A DNA stretch of 64,000 bases from assembly GCA_011109175.1 (NCBI GenBank), contig RDEW01000010.1, forward strand, positions 355,837 through 419,836, in the 5' to 3' direction. Made by a program: the position numbers and the translations under genes. How positions within the stretch are numbered: the first letter of the stretch is position 1; each line of letters begins with the position of its first letter. This document shows positions 1 through 12,554 of the stretch, piece after piece. This DNA is from Dicyema japonicum (taxonomy: Eukaryota; Animalia; Dicyemida). Under the pieces are notes generated by a model. It was not told where the DNA came from, did not search any database, and saw only the letters and a program-made list of their open reading frames with translations.

Positions 1-930
1 CTAATGGGATTCAGACGCTTGAGGACAGGAGGCTGAATACCATGAAGATGTTTCTACATTCGGACAAAGTCATGACATTGAAATCGTGTTTTCCAAAAAT
101 CATAAGAGAATTGTCACTGACTTGTAAAATTTTCTTTCTGCTTGTGCAATGAATTTGTTTTCCTTAAGGATCAGAAATAGGGCGGAGTTGGTCAGCCTTC
201 TATTAAATGTAGATACTGTAGTTCATCATTTCTCCATGTATTTTGATGATGACTTTTTCGGTAATTTGCTTAGGTAGTCGAATAATCTTGCAAATATTCA
301 GACTTTTTGAGCGATTTGGTTCCTAGGTGCACTGATTATGTCATCTTAAAGGTTTAGACTGATATGTCACTCAGGAAGTAGTTAAATCTAACAGAAAACA
401 TAGATGATCCCTTTGGTATGTCGTTTCTTTTGAATCTCGAAATGAACTTAGTAGTCAGTGATATGATTCTTTCTCTGCGATCTTTTAAGAAGCTCGAAAA
501 TTGTCATGATTTTGCTTTGTGTTTCTTAGGCAAAGATATTCTCTGGACATGAATATCTTTTTTGTGACAGAGTCGAAGGCCCTATGTATGTCTATCTACC
601 ATATAAAAGACTATTGGTGCCTTTACATTTTAGGCCTTTAAGAATGAATCTCGTTAGATCATCAGGTTAATTGTCATTGGTGAGTCTCTCTTAAAGCCGC
701 GTTGAAATGAAGCTGCGGGGAGATATGTGTGGGTCTTATCGAGAATTAGTTTTTCTATGAATTCCATCGATAAGTAGTGATAGATGTATGATAAGTGGGA
801 ATCCTTCGGTCTTCCAGGCTTCAGAATTGACTGCACATCAGAAAGCTTAATAGCTTTGGTTACGTGGCTATTCTCTTTAAGAATGGATGAGAGATTCTCT
901 CAAATTGCCAGCAGCATTCATAAGGATCTC
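1..930 (-). mobile_element. Degenerate APE-type LINE reverse transcriptase fragment (CR1/L2/Jockey-like)
   Basis: Minus-strand remnants FQRGFKRDSPMTINL (QxGFR motif) and IDIHRAFDSV (D..AFD motif); many stops and frameshifts. Confidence 0.5.
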
Positions 931-939
931 CAGTTAGTG

Positions 940-1100
940 CAGAATTCAATTCCCTAGACAACTCAAGAATTCCAGCATCGTAGGCGCAAAAGAACCAGAC
1001 GTTACAACAGCGATTGGAACAAAAAAATCCTCGGGTAGGAAGGCGTACTTGGCCTGTTTTGACTTCTCGGCCTTCTCAGTGGTAGTGTTTAATAGTGTCA
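940..1100 (-). mobile_element. CRE-clade retrotransposon fragment (RLE endonuclease C-terminus)
   Basis: AEKSKQAKYAFLPEDFFVPIAVVTSGSFAPTMLEFLSCLGN; similar in DNA to 21677-21762. Confidence 0.75.
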
Positions 1101-1199
1101 TCAAGGTCAAGGTTTTTAAGGGTATGTATATGTCCATAATTATGTTCATCCATTTAAAAATTCCGATATATTGATATCTGCAGCATTTGATGTTCAAAG

Positions 1200-3300
1200 T
1201 GTAAAAAATTTACGTCCTGACAAAGATGATGAGTCCTCCATCACAATCGAATAAGAAATCTTGTCAGATAACGTCATAATCAGGTTATTTAAGAAAGAAA
1301 GAAGAAAAGGAAAACTTAGTCTCTTGCAGATGACTTTACGAAAGGATGGGAAGGTATCGGAGAATGTGACAAAACTCTTAGAATTCCAATTTTCTTTTGG
1401 AGCCTCGAGGCTACTTGGTCCACTTGATGTGTGAATGATAGCAAGTGACTCCCAAGATGACGGTGGTTTTTGGTTAATAAATTTAATGTCTCTTATCGTG
1501 AAGAGGTAATCATCGATACATGTAACTTATCTGGTAATACTTTTATGGGTTCTTCAGGAACCAAATATCCACCAAATTTAATGTCTCTTATACAGACCTT
1601 ATCACCTCTTCTAGTCTTCGATGTTTCATTGCGATCATAAGATCATCAACGTACGATAAAAAAAATTGAGTTTTTGGTAATTGGAGAGAGGTCAGTGAAA
1701 AACACGTTAAATAAAGTTGGAGACAACGGGGACGCGCTTAGATTTTAATTCTCTATCATCAATTGATCATTGAGAGCATTGATGAAATCAGTCAACTATA
1801 ACTTGAGATTGGGGCTGATTGATGTTGTGAAGATTATGTGGGTTAGATCTTTAGGGAGACTGAATCAAAAACCTTCTTCATATCCATGGAGACCAATAAT
1901 GTTCTCTCATGTGGTTTGGGAAGTGCGTTGTGTTTGAGTGAATCCATGTAGAAAAAAAGAGAAGGGTGATAAACAGACAGATATTTAGGAGTAGTTTTTC
2001 CCACACTCGTGACAACGCGCAAATAATGGATACTGGTCTGTGAAAGGATCGAGAAGTTAGGTGGATTGTTTTTCTTCAGAATAGGGTGTAGGGAATCTTT
2101 TACATATCAACGGAATTTTGTTCTCGTTTATCGAAAAATTGAATATTTTATATGTTACCACCGTCTTGGAAGGTCCCAGGTGCTTCAGTTTGAGAACGGA
2201 GATATTTTTTGATTTTCAGAACGACAAATTATTTATTTCCTGATTGCTAAATGCATCATAGACAGATCAAAGAAAATAGTATTGGGGCATTTATTCCTCT
2301 TTATACGGCCTGAATAAAGATCCAGGTCTTTGAATTGCAGTTTAGAGCTGATGTTCTCGTAGTACTTCAAGGTGATTTGGACCTGGGTTTTAATCTACAA
2401 TTAAGTGTGGAGAGCACTTCTTGAGCCTCCTTATCGATTTTCAGTGGAAGGAGTATTTTCGTGGCCTTTTCAGTACATCTTCCAAGTATTCTTTGATGTT
2501 CCGCATGACTTCTTTATTTAGTTTTAATATCCTTTCACTGTCAGCTACTGATTGTCTTTCAACTTTTTTTGCTTATTTCTCTTTAATTGGGAGATCGTAT
2601 TTCAGAATAAATAGGATGCGAGGACCGTTGAGGGCACCCCATTCAAACTCTAAGCATGAACTCATTGAGGTGTCCGACAACGGCATCGATCGGCGTTTAT
2701 CAATAAAGTAAGTGAATTTGGTCAGAATGCCTGTGAGAAGTCGATAATGCTTCTTGAAGTATGAGTTAACTTATATTTTGCGGAATACTCATGATGAGTT
2801 GGTTATGATCGGAAAGTCATATATAACATTCTAAGAAATGACTTCACCAGAGAATGACTGGCAAAAGAATTATCAGATGAAATAGGGGAGTTGCCCCAGC
2901 GGTACGGGGTCATCATGTGTTCATTGAGATCATTGAGGATATTAAAGCGGTGAAAACTGTCAGATATTGGAGCTCCTCGTTGATTTAGTTATTGGTTATT
3001 ATACCACGGAGAATTCTTTTTGTTTAGGTCCTCGCAGATTAGCGTGTTTTTAATCCAAATGAATGGACCCATAGCTGGGGGCATGACGGTGGAGATATTA
3101 ACGATTGTCAATCGGAGCAAGGGTAGGCGAATTTTCAGAGTTAACTGTTCCAGTGGACCGTCCAAGAAGAAGTGGTAAGATATCTTATCTGAAATATTGT
3201 TTCCCATTGTATGATTCTTGATTAGTGTAATAAAGTCTCTAGCCTTCCATGTTTTCTTTTTTTCTGAAACTTAATATCCAGAGATGTAGCGGTTTACTGC
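1200..3300 (-). mobile_element. Patchwork of degenerate APE-type LINE pieces (RT and APE remnants)
   Basis: SPTLFNVFFTDL-like RT motif near 1700-1740, GP.ILF..YDL-like motif near 2600, APE-like TIVNI...LICEDLNKKNSPW at 2989-3207. Confidence 0.5.
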
Positions 3301-3987
3301 CTTGGGTTCAGTTTTGTAACTTGAAAAAAGCTATATCCACTGAATGTCTGAAAAGAAAATGTTATAGTTGGGTAATTAATGTTAATTTGATTTATAGTGA
3401 GACCTGATCCAGGATTTTTTTCGACGTCTCCCCTAATATCATCCACGTCTCTATGGTTGCAAGATCTTGAGACTCTTTTTCAATACTTAAGAGAGCAACC
3501 CCTACACGTAGATGAGTCACAACACATATAGTCCAAAGAACACTCTAGGTACATTGATCCAGAGGAGAATGTCTTGGAAGCTTTAAGTCTATGCTAGAAC
3601 TTGTAGCCAAAGAGCGAAATAGTCTCCCTGTGGAATTAAGAGATGGATCCTTTTGAATTCCGATCAGACATTAGTCGTATCTTGAGTCAGGTGGATCCAA
3701 TGAAGTCATTAGAAGAAAGGGGGATAAATCTTCAATCAATATGCCTTCAAGCGTCAAGTCTACCGAGCATGACTAGGTAATGAGGAATCAAAGGGAGGAA
3801 TCAAAGGGAGGAATCTTTGCCGTTGAGGGAGAACTCATAGTAATTCTACTGTTTCTGATGTTCAGCCTCACCTAATTTCTTTGAATATCTCGTGGTGTTG
3901 TGTGTGGTGCATATTTGTATCGGTGAATTTCTCATTACCCACTGACCTGAACCCTGAAAAATTGCTCATTACTTATTACCACAGAAC

Positions 3988-5990
3988 CTCATCACGGAGC
4001 GACGTTCTCATCACGGCGCAACACACATTATACTCAAAGACTGGTCCTGATATGCTTTTCATGCGGTTGTGGCAATGCACGCAAGTATGGGATTTTCTGC
4101 TCCTCTTGCGGGGACTTTTTCCACTCGGATGTGTAAAGATGTCTCAGCGGGCTGCATACTCGCTCTTCCTATGGAACTGCAGTGTCTGCATGGGCACTTG
4201 TCTGAAGACCCAGACCATCATTTCAAACGAATCCGTCGAATCAAATGAGCTGTTGAATCTCAACGATGCGGACTCCCTCCTGCTCTGAGGCTGGACATAA
4301 TCTCATCGAGTCGATCACTAATCTTACCTAGCGTATAATCAATAGGATATTGCATCATTTGCATGGGACCTTCTCTTTTCNGCAGCGGAGGACTGGATGG
4401 ACTGCGTTCGGATCATATCAAGGATCTGACGTCTGGTCCAACAGCTGAGGCTGGACATAATCTTATCGAGTCGATCACTAATATTACCTAGCGTATAATC
4501 AATAGGATATTCCATCATTTGCATGGGACCTTATCTCTTCTGCCCACCTACAGGCATTTAAAAAGAGAGATGGAGGCATTCGTCACATTGCAGTTGGCAA
4601 CTATTTCTGAAGATTTGCTGCAAAAATTGCTTCCATGATTGTCTCTCCAAAGATCAATGTGGAATTATCCCCAATCCAACTGAGTGTAGGCGTATGTAAT
4701 AGATGCGAACTACTGGCATTTAAAAAGAGAGATGGAGGCATTCGTCACATTGCAGTTGGCAACTATTTCCGAAGATTTGCTGCAAAAATTTCTTTCAGGA
4801 TTGTCTTTCCAAAGATCAATTAGGAATTATCCTTAATTCAACTGAGTGTAGGCGTACGTAATAGATGCAAAGCCTCAGTGCACGCAACGAGGTGTTCGTT
4901 AAGGAGAGATCGTATCATTGAAGTATGAAGAAAGCGAGCACCTGAGCTCATTCCCATTGGCAATTTTTCATACGGATCAAATTCCTCTCTGGTTTCGGGA
5001 ATGATATCTCCTCTTTGCATTAACATTCGATCAAGTCGTTCTTTCCGTCGATATGGATCTTGATGACGGAACAATTGGAGAGAGAGGGGGAAATTCTTAT
5101 AACAGTCTATCGAACTTGGTACCTGCCTTACATGATCTCGGCCTGGAGGTCAACATTAAAAATCGGAACTTATAAATATCTCATTCCTGGAACGATTTCT
5201 TCCGAGTGGCAGAAATATTTAACAGTTTATTACCGGGGACATCCGTCGTCCCCGGTAAGCAAGTCTATTTTCAGAATTACGGAAACAACTTCAGTCCAAA
5301 GCGGAAAAGCTTTCTCTCTTTACTAAAAGACTTGCTATTCTCCACACATTTTTTTCTCGTGAGGAAAAGCTTATGTTTGCCGAAATTTCAACACGCTCTG
5401 CGGAGTTCTCCGTGCTTCAGAAATCGATATTTACTGTCCTGGATCAGACGCTAAGGCAAACAGTCGAGTCACTACTAAATTAACGTTTTGACGAACTGGG
5501 TTGGGCACAATACAAACGTCCTTCAAGCCTTGGAGTTGGCTCAAGATCGGCTTCGAAGATCGCCCATCCGGCATACCTATCGCCGCTTTCGAGCTGCAGT
5601 CATCTCGTCTGGGAAATCCTACGTCACTCTACTGGACTTTCCTTGGACAAAGTATTAGAGTCGAACCAAAATCGGCTTGTCTGTTTCCTATCTTCTGCAA
5701 ACATGGTAGTGGTGCATGGCTCCACGAATTTTCACGCGTTATTTCGGAACTCTTATGGACGACAACTGTGTGAGAATCGGAATAGCACAACAAGTGGGAC
5801 TTAACGTCTGCCAGAAACACAGATGCTGTTGTGGAGGAATAGTCGACACCAAAGGATTACATCCATTGTTGTGAAAAAGGAGTGCAGGTCGCTCACTTCG
5901 TCACACCGCATTGAATAATGTTTTTCTGCCAACCCTCGAGGCAGGAGGCTTCCCAGCTCAACTCAAATTAACTTCAAGATGCTCTTAGAA
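3988..5990 (+). mobile_element. CRE-clade non-LTR retrotransposon, internally deleted/duplicated, with N-terminal PHD finger
   Basis: PHD remnant at 4053-4189; RT motifs GGLDGLR.DHIKDL and AFKKRDGGIRHIAVGNYFRR; C-terminal LSSQARL-type and CCGGIVDTKGLH zinc-knuckle region; homologous to 50485-52100. Confidence 0.85.
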
Positions 5991-6965
5991 GCTCACTAGT
6001 TTTATCTAGAACCCTGATGGTCAAGGGAAACAAAGAGATCTCGAGCTTCTCTCCCAGCCAGAAAGTTCCACCTTGACGACCTGGTCAAAATTAAATTAAA
6101 GAATTAACTCGTTTCGCTAACATGTAAAAAAATAACAACCGTCAAAAAAGCGCGGCTAAGACAGGATGCTCACAGAAATCCATTACTTTGATATCGATCT
6201 ATAAAATTCTAGGCCAAGAGATGTTAAACCTCTCTCCCAATAAGAGAAGGATGATGTCCACACTCTGAAGAACTAATCTCAGGAGGTATGTGCTCCAGCA
6301 TCTTTTTCTTTTCGAGGGTTCGTATCGCAGTGTAGATACAAAGTCAGATATACATTTTTCCAGGTTTGGTTTTTTGTCGGAGGTGGGATTTTCTTTAGTG
6401 TTCTTTCGAGATGATTGAATGTTTTCCGATGTACCTAAAGTTTGTTGATTTAAGCAATGGGAAGGTTGGATGGTTAGGGTCAAGTGATTATCGGAGAAAA
6501 TGTTAAGTTCTCTTTAAGGCGGTGACCAAGAGGCAGGCAAGTACCGTCGGGAGATGATTTCAAAAACCCTGTTACAGCTAACAATTCAAAGTTTTCGACC
6601 TGGTGAAATTTTTGTAGAAGGGAGAACGTCATGCAAAATACCCAGCTTGGGGGGGCATAGTTTAGAGTCGAACAGGTAAAAATTCATATAATATATGCAA
6701 ATTTATGTTAAATTAATATTATNAACACCCTGTTACAGCTAACAATTCAAAGTTTTCGACCTGGTGAAATTTTTGTAGAAGGGAGAACGTCATGCAAAAT
6801 ACCCAGCTTGGGGGGGGGCATAGTTTAGAGTCGAACAGGTAAAAATTCATATAATATATGCAAATTTATGTTAAATTAATATTATTATTATATTTAATTT
6901 TTTTAATTATTATTTATTAATAATTGAATAAATGTTTATTTTATCGATTTATTGATTTTGCGGTT

Positions 6966-7439
6966 ATGGTCAAGTCTCTACTTCACAAATTTATTCACAA
7001 ATTATTATCAGAAAACAATCCCTGTGTGGAATGGGTATCACTTAATACATTTAGAATTGCAAACATTAATGAATTATCCAGATTGTGGGGAATAGAAAAG
7101 TCAAACCCAACAATGAATGTACACAAATTATGCAGGTCACTTAGAACATATTATAATGACCCCGCAATTCTGAAGAGAGTCAGAAAAAACACATATGAAT
7201 TCATTGTTGACTCTGACAAACCACAAAATGAAGAGATAAATGAAATGGTTTATTTAAATCCTTATTTTGAAAGAGTGAATGATAATTTTGATGTAATGTT
7301 TGGAAGGATGGAGCAAATGTATCCCCCAATGTACCACACTCCTTTATTATATGACCATATCTCTGACTTTGATTATTGGGCTAAAAATGATTTGTACGCC
7401 CCTTTCTACTATGATCCACATTATTATGATTATTATTAA
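6966..7439 (+). CDS. ETS-domain transcription factor, intronless, 157 aa
   Basis: LHKFIHKLL..VEW..F.I....ELSRLWGIEKSNPTMNVHKLCRSLRTYY...ILKRV..NTYEF fits the ETS winged helix; ATG at 6966 is in frame with ORF 6924-7439. Confidence 0.9.
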   Translation: MVKSLLHKFIHKLLSENNPCVEWVSLNTFRIANINELSRLWGIEKSNPTMNVHKLCRSLRTYYNDPAILKRVRKNTYEFIVDSDKPQNEEINEMVYLNPYFERVNDNFDVMFGRMEQMYPPMYHTPLLYDHISDFDYWAKNDLYAPFYYDPHYYDYY

Positions 7440-7589
7440 ATTTATAATAAAGCTTATTTTTTACTTGTTAGCTTTGTTTTTAGATTTTGTATTCCTTTAA
7501 GAAAATCGATTTAATAATTTCTGTTGTTATAGCAACACGTAAATAAGCTTGTTTTTGTTTATTGGGTTTCCCGACCATTTACGTAAATT

Positions 7590-9150
7590 TCTAATTATTA
7601 ACATTGCAAATGCGGTAAAAATCCTAATCACAGTGGAAGAGGTGGAATTATCGTTAAATAAACTGAAGAACAACAAGAGTGCTGGGCCGGACAACATAAG
7701 CTCTGAGCTCCTTAAATATGGGCCAAAAAAAACTTAGCGACACAATTGCAAAAACCCTAAATGACATTTTTGTAACTAATACCGATCTAGGACTTGGAAA
7801 TGGATTATTATTACCCATACAAAAACTGAACAAATCAAAATAGACACGTAGAAGATCTCCGCCCGATAATACTTATAAATTCGATACGCAAGGTGCTGGC
7901 AAACATTGCACTAAGCCGGATAAAGGAAGTGGCGGATCTATATCTACCAGCAAGTCAAAGTGGGTTCCGAGAAGGGAGGTCTACGGCAGACATTGTATGG
8001 AGCCATATATGGCGTTGCGCTACTCACCAAAGATTCAAGAGCGCAACGACCGTGTTGGGAATAGATCTCTCCAGAGCTTTCGACTCAATAAACAGACAGA
8101 AACTGATGAATGTGCTTGAGCAAATATTGGATGAATCGTCGGTTAGGATAATCAGACTACTACTTGCGAACACAAGACTGTGAGGACAGAAGGAGCAACT
8201 TCCCACAGTTTCAAAACAACGATTGGGACACCCTAGGGTGATTCCCTCTCCCCTTTACTATTTATTATATACCTTTAGTCTGCACTCCGCGACCTCCGTA
8301 AATGATATATAGGAGACATAAAAGAGACATCTTATGCGGATGATGTGGATTTTGTATCACGGGACGTGACCGCACTCCAATGCCTACTAGAAAATGCACC
8401 TGCGGAGCTTGAGAAATGGTTTCTCAGCGTAAATGTAAACAAAACTGAAATTACGGAAATCAAAAAAGAAGATGATATTACTCTTGAAAGATGGAGACGT
8501 ACTAATAAGCTCGGCTCTCTACTGGGAGACGCTGGAGATGTACTAAGGAGGAAAACACTGGCAAATGCGGCAATGGCTAAACTGAAGAAAGGATGGCTAA
8601 GAGTCAAAGGACTTTGAATTGACATCAGATGCAGGCTTTACAACGCATTTGTGAAACCGATCCTACTGTACAACGCTGGGATATGTGGAAGTTCCTTCAA
8701 CGAACTATTGAAACTGGATTTGTTCCATAGAAGGCAACTAAGAAGCTTACTCGGAATGGAGTGGCCACGTAGAATATCAACCACTGGTATCTACAACAAG
8801 TGTATGTGTTCTTACATCAGCAAGGATGTGATAGATGCCCGGTGGAGGCTATTTAGGCATGTACTAAGAATGAACCCGGAAGCACACGCTAACAAAGCGA
8901 TGGAAGATTACTTTGACAATTGCGACAAACCCATCCGTGGACGACCTAGATCGACACTTTCGACTGCCTTAAACAAAGACCTAAATCGTGTGAGAAAAAA
9001 TCTAAAAAAGGGGGACGACCGGACGAATTGAGATCACAGGCATTCGACAGAGGAAGATGTAAAAGACTAACTATAAATATTGTTTCTTTGAGTGTTGCAC
9101 ATGCGGGGCTATAAACATTATGGTTTTCGTGAAAGTGCCATAATAAGTAA
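7590..9150 (+). mobile_element. RTE-clade LINE, 5'-truncated, with frameshifts and stops
   Basis: LKNNKSAGPDNISSELLK, SQSGFREGRSTAD, IDLSRAFDS, GDSLSPLLFIIY, YADD, RWRLFRHVLRM, RGRPR; 3' stem-loop tail at 9101-9135 followed by taataagtaa. Confidence 0.9.
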
Positions 9151-9279
9151 TTGAAGACCCGATGTCTTTGATAATGCCTGCATTCATCATTTTCCTAACA
9201 GGGTTAAAGTATTACCGTCTAGTTGAACCAAATGAAGGTAGTAAGGGTACTCTGCGCCATTAGCGATCTAACTATTTTC

Positions 9280-10400
9280 GTCAAATGCAATGGTTGGAGC
9301 AATTAGTTGTCTCATTTTCGGGGACCTTCACTATAAGCAAATAAAATTCGGTTGTTGAACAACCAATGAAGTAGAACTCCCTGTTGGTGATGGCCAAAGA
9401 TCTAGGATTTTCGCTGGCACCTCTATCGAACCTAACTGCCGGGACATTCACGATCGAGATGACTAACTGGGGATACCTGTCTTCTTGCTTCCTAGGAGTA
9501 GTTTTTCGCAGCAAATTTCAGTGTAATCTCGTTGCTTTAAAGTTAATTTGTCGATAAGTATGCCATTTCCTTCACGTGATTTATAAAGTCGGCACTTTAA
9601 AGTCTGCTGAACTTCTTGGTTAGTTTATATAACGGTAATCTATGGAGTTGGAAAACTTCGGAACTGTTTTTTGAAAAGAAATCAGGAAAACCACCTTAAA
9701 AGTTGCTGACAATTAGCCAGACGACTATCATCACAAGAATATTAGAGAGAAGGTACACAGAGGCTAGTCCAGTTGTGCATAATGAAAGACATTCAAACCT
9801 ACAGATGGGGTTCCGCGAGAGACAATCATGTGGTGACTGCCCAGGAAATTAAGCAAAAATGAAATATTGAATTGTGGCACTGTTCTTGAATGTGGAATTA
9901 GCGTCCGTCTGCTATGATGTTTTATTATCTACTGTCACTTAAGTGGGAATCTTCTGGATGAACTACATATAGCATAAAGGTCACCGTTCTAGTTTGTTTA
10001 AGTCCACAGTGTCCTACCTTATTCAACGTCTTATCTCTCTCATCCAGTCAATGTGAGGACTAAAGTACCTACCTGATCACCAGTGGAGACTAGATGTTGT
10101 CTGTCTGAGGATGCAAGATGAAACGAATAAAATCATACGATGGGGCGACAGCTATAGGTGATATTGAGACCTGAGAAGTGCAGGTAGTTAGTTTTAGCCA
10201 TTTTAAGTGAGTTCACATTATAATGTTTAGAATGCCTGTCTATGAGGTTCATATAGCGGTCACAAAGAAGATGAGCTACTTTAGGGTACTTTGTTTCCTC
10301 AGAGAGCTTTCACATATTTCATGGATTCTTAGGGAATCATAAAAAATACCATGCGAAGATTTGAGACAAAACAATAAAGAAAAGAACACAGACAATAAGA
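9280..10400. mobile_element. Highly decayed LINE RT relics
   Basis: QMGFRERQSC and CPTLFNV remnants on the plus strand at 9800-10030. Confidence 0.35.
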
Positions 10401-10589
10401 TAAAAGTGAGGTGTCCGACGACGCTATCCCAAGACGGCGAAAAGATAAAAAAATTTTCCTTACAATAAAGAGATTTCGTTCGTTACTAGTTTTATTGCCT
10501 CAGTACAACTGGGTCAAAAAAGAGAAGCAATGTCCCATTTAACTATGTAATCTCAGATCGACAAAAGTTCGAAATTTGCTGAGTAGTTA

Positions 10590-10820
10590 TTAGACATGTG
10601 ATAACTAATCGTAAAGGGAGAACCAACGAATGCTCTTCACTTCATTTTTGAGTGAGTTATTTTATAGACGATCCGGTTCCGCAATGAGATTTTCACTGAT
10701 GACGGCTTCACTCGTAAAACATGCTTGGAACCTTCAGTCAGATTGTACAGCAGTGAGATTCGAACAGGCGACCATCAGGCGTTTCGCCAGGCATCCGTTG
10801 TACTGTGCCACCCGGCCTTA
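10590..10820 (-). mobile_element. tRNA-derived SINE (family A core, variant head)
   Basis: A-box-like TGGCACAGT and B-box GTTCGAATC, then the core gaaggttcca..acgagtga.gccgtcatcagtg shared with 24188 and 44977. Confidence 0.7.
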
Positions 10821-10913
10821 AAAAAGATAAACAGGTCAATTTTTCTATGCCAAACTAATTAGTGAAAACCCTAAATATGAATAAGAATAATTTTATTAGT
10901 CAAAAGCAAAATT

Positions 10914-11997
10914 TTATAGAATCAACTGATCTTCTTGAGGTTTTATAAGTAAATCCTCATTTTTAGCTGTGGACATAATATTTTGAAAATGCTGTTGTTC
11001 AAAATATAGTATTACCTGAGAATTACTAATTTCAAGAAAAAGAGTAAAGAAATGATGGAGAGACTTTATCCTGGATTCTGAAAGTGGAATATCAAGCAAC
11101 CCTTTAAACTAAAAAATAATGAAAACCGCAAATAATATCCACCAAGTCCTCCAGTTCGATACGTAGTTCATTAATGGACAAAGAAGTCTGCATAAATGAG
11201 ACAAGAAAACCAGATTGAGGAGTTCCTCGAGCTCATGAGGCCACTGTTGCATGAGTTGCTCGATATCCGGCATATTTCTAGTCATAGATGATATTTAAGT
11301 AATACTTTTTGTACAATACAACTGGTGGGGGATTCTTCATGTGAAGATCTGTAATATCTTCGATCCATTTGTCGATTTCTTTGGTTTGATTCCATGGATC
11401 GGAAAGGCTTTTCACAACCTTAAACTAATTTATGATCAGCCACGTGTTCTCCGAAAGTTGCCGTTTTCGACAATGCCCTTAGTTTTAGGTTCAAAACAGC
11501 AGGGTCCGATTGTGAGGCTGAAGGTTCATCCACGACTGTCAATCCGAGGTTGTCTTCCTGTCCGTCAGGTCGAATAACCTGTTTAACACGTTAACTCTCA
11601 CTTTTATAAAATCCGGAACTTTGCCGACCGCCGGGACATAATCAGGTATAAAAGGCTTAAGGTAGGTTGGCATATCGGCTTTTTGTGGGGAGTAACTAAA
11701 ATCAAAAAACTCAGATACCCGTCAATTTGCATAAAAAGTTGTGTTAATTTTTCGTCGATTATTAGGTGATCGAAGTCAGCCCGATTGTAGGGACTAATTG
11801 AGTTCAATATACTTACAGTGTGTTAACGTTAATATCCTTAGACAATTCCGATGAGTCGTCTTTTTCCTTGAAGATCTCTTCGTTAGAGTCCTCATCATCC
11901 AAATTGTCGAATGCACTCCGTTTGAGCTATAATGTTTAAAATTATCTACTCCATCAACGCTGGGAGTATATGACATGTCATCGCTTTGTGAATTCAT
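10914..11997 (-). CDS. IFT46: Intraflagellar transport protein 46, 10 exons
   Basis: Removing nine GT-AG introns of 23-28 nt gives YNRADFDHL, YLKPFIPDYVPAVGKVPDFIKVIRPDGQEDNLGLTVVDEPSASQSDPAVL, MPDIEQLMQQWP, LLDIP..SRIKSLHHFFTLFLE, matching IFT46 blocks. Confidence 0.95.
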
Positions 11998-12002
11998 TTA
12001 TG

Positions 12003-12016
12003 ATTGCCATGGAAAC
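12003..12016 (-). promoter_or_regulatory. RFX X-box upstream of IFT46
   Basis: GTTTCCATGGCAAT on the minus strand, 5 nt upstream of the ATG; fits the RFX palindrome GTNNCC-AT-GGNAAC. Confidence 0.75.
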
Positions 12017-12554
12017 AACATTTTATTGTTTTTAATAATAATTCCTCCAGAAAACTGTTATTAGTATTCTGAATGCTCGAACACCAGGTTTATCCAGGAA
12101 AAGTACCAAGGCATTAACCACTAATCACTTATTAAGATAAGTTATCCACCAACTTGAAAATAAGTAAAAAATGAAGAAAAATTAAAGCACCTTTAAAATA
12201 TTTTCACTATTTTGGAATCCCACATTTAAAACAAAGGAGATTAATTTTCAGGTTAACCACGTGGTTTATTAGTTGGAAAATTTAGGTGCTTAAACATCTC
12301 TATTTTATTTAACATTTATTCAGTTTCATGACAGATGTCTATTTCTCCCTTCTCGTAAGCATCAACGAGGTGACGGATTCGAAAAAACCTGTAGTTGCAA
12401 ACATGTAAGTATCAAATATAAATTCTCTAGGTTTTAATCTCGTCAGTCCGAGAGTTGAAGTAAATGAAGGATCGCTGTCCCAAAGTGCAAGCTGATACTT
12501 AATAATAAATCTCAAAAAAGGGAAATCACTAAAGAACCAAGTAAATCAGGAAAT

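Noticed and set aside
3961-4000. CRE insertion into spliced-leader RNA genes
   Set aside because: The 5' flanks of the two PHD-CRE copies are unrelated, and no SL or Sm-site gene was recognisable
4288-4530. Direct duplication around the single N at 4381
   Set aside because: Looks like an overlapping-contig or haplotype join rather than a biological repeat
6566-6885. About 160-bp tandem repeat upstream of the ETS gene
   Set aside because: The copies are separated by a single N (6723) and differ mainly in a G-run; likely a scaffolding artefact
12060-12540. Possible small plus-strand gene between IFT46 and DDOST
   Set aside because: Intron-like GT-AG segments exist, but no splice path gave a recognisable protein
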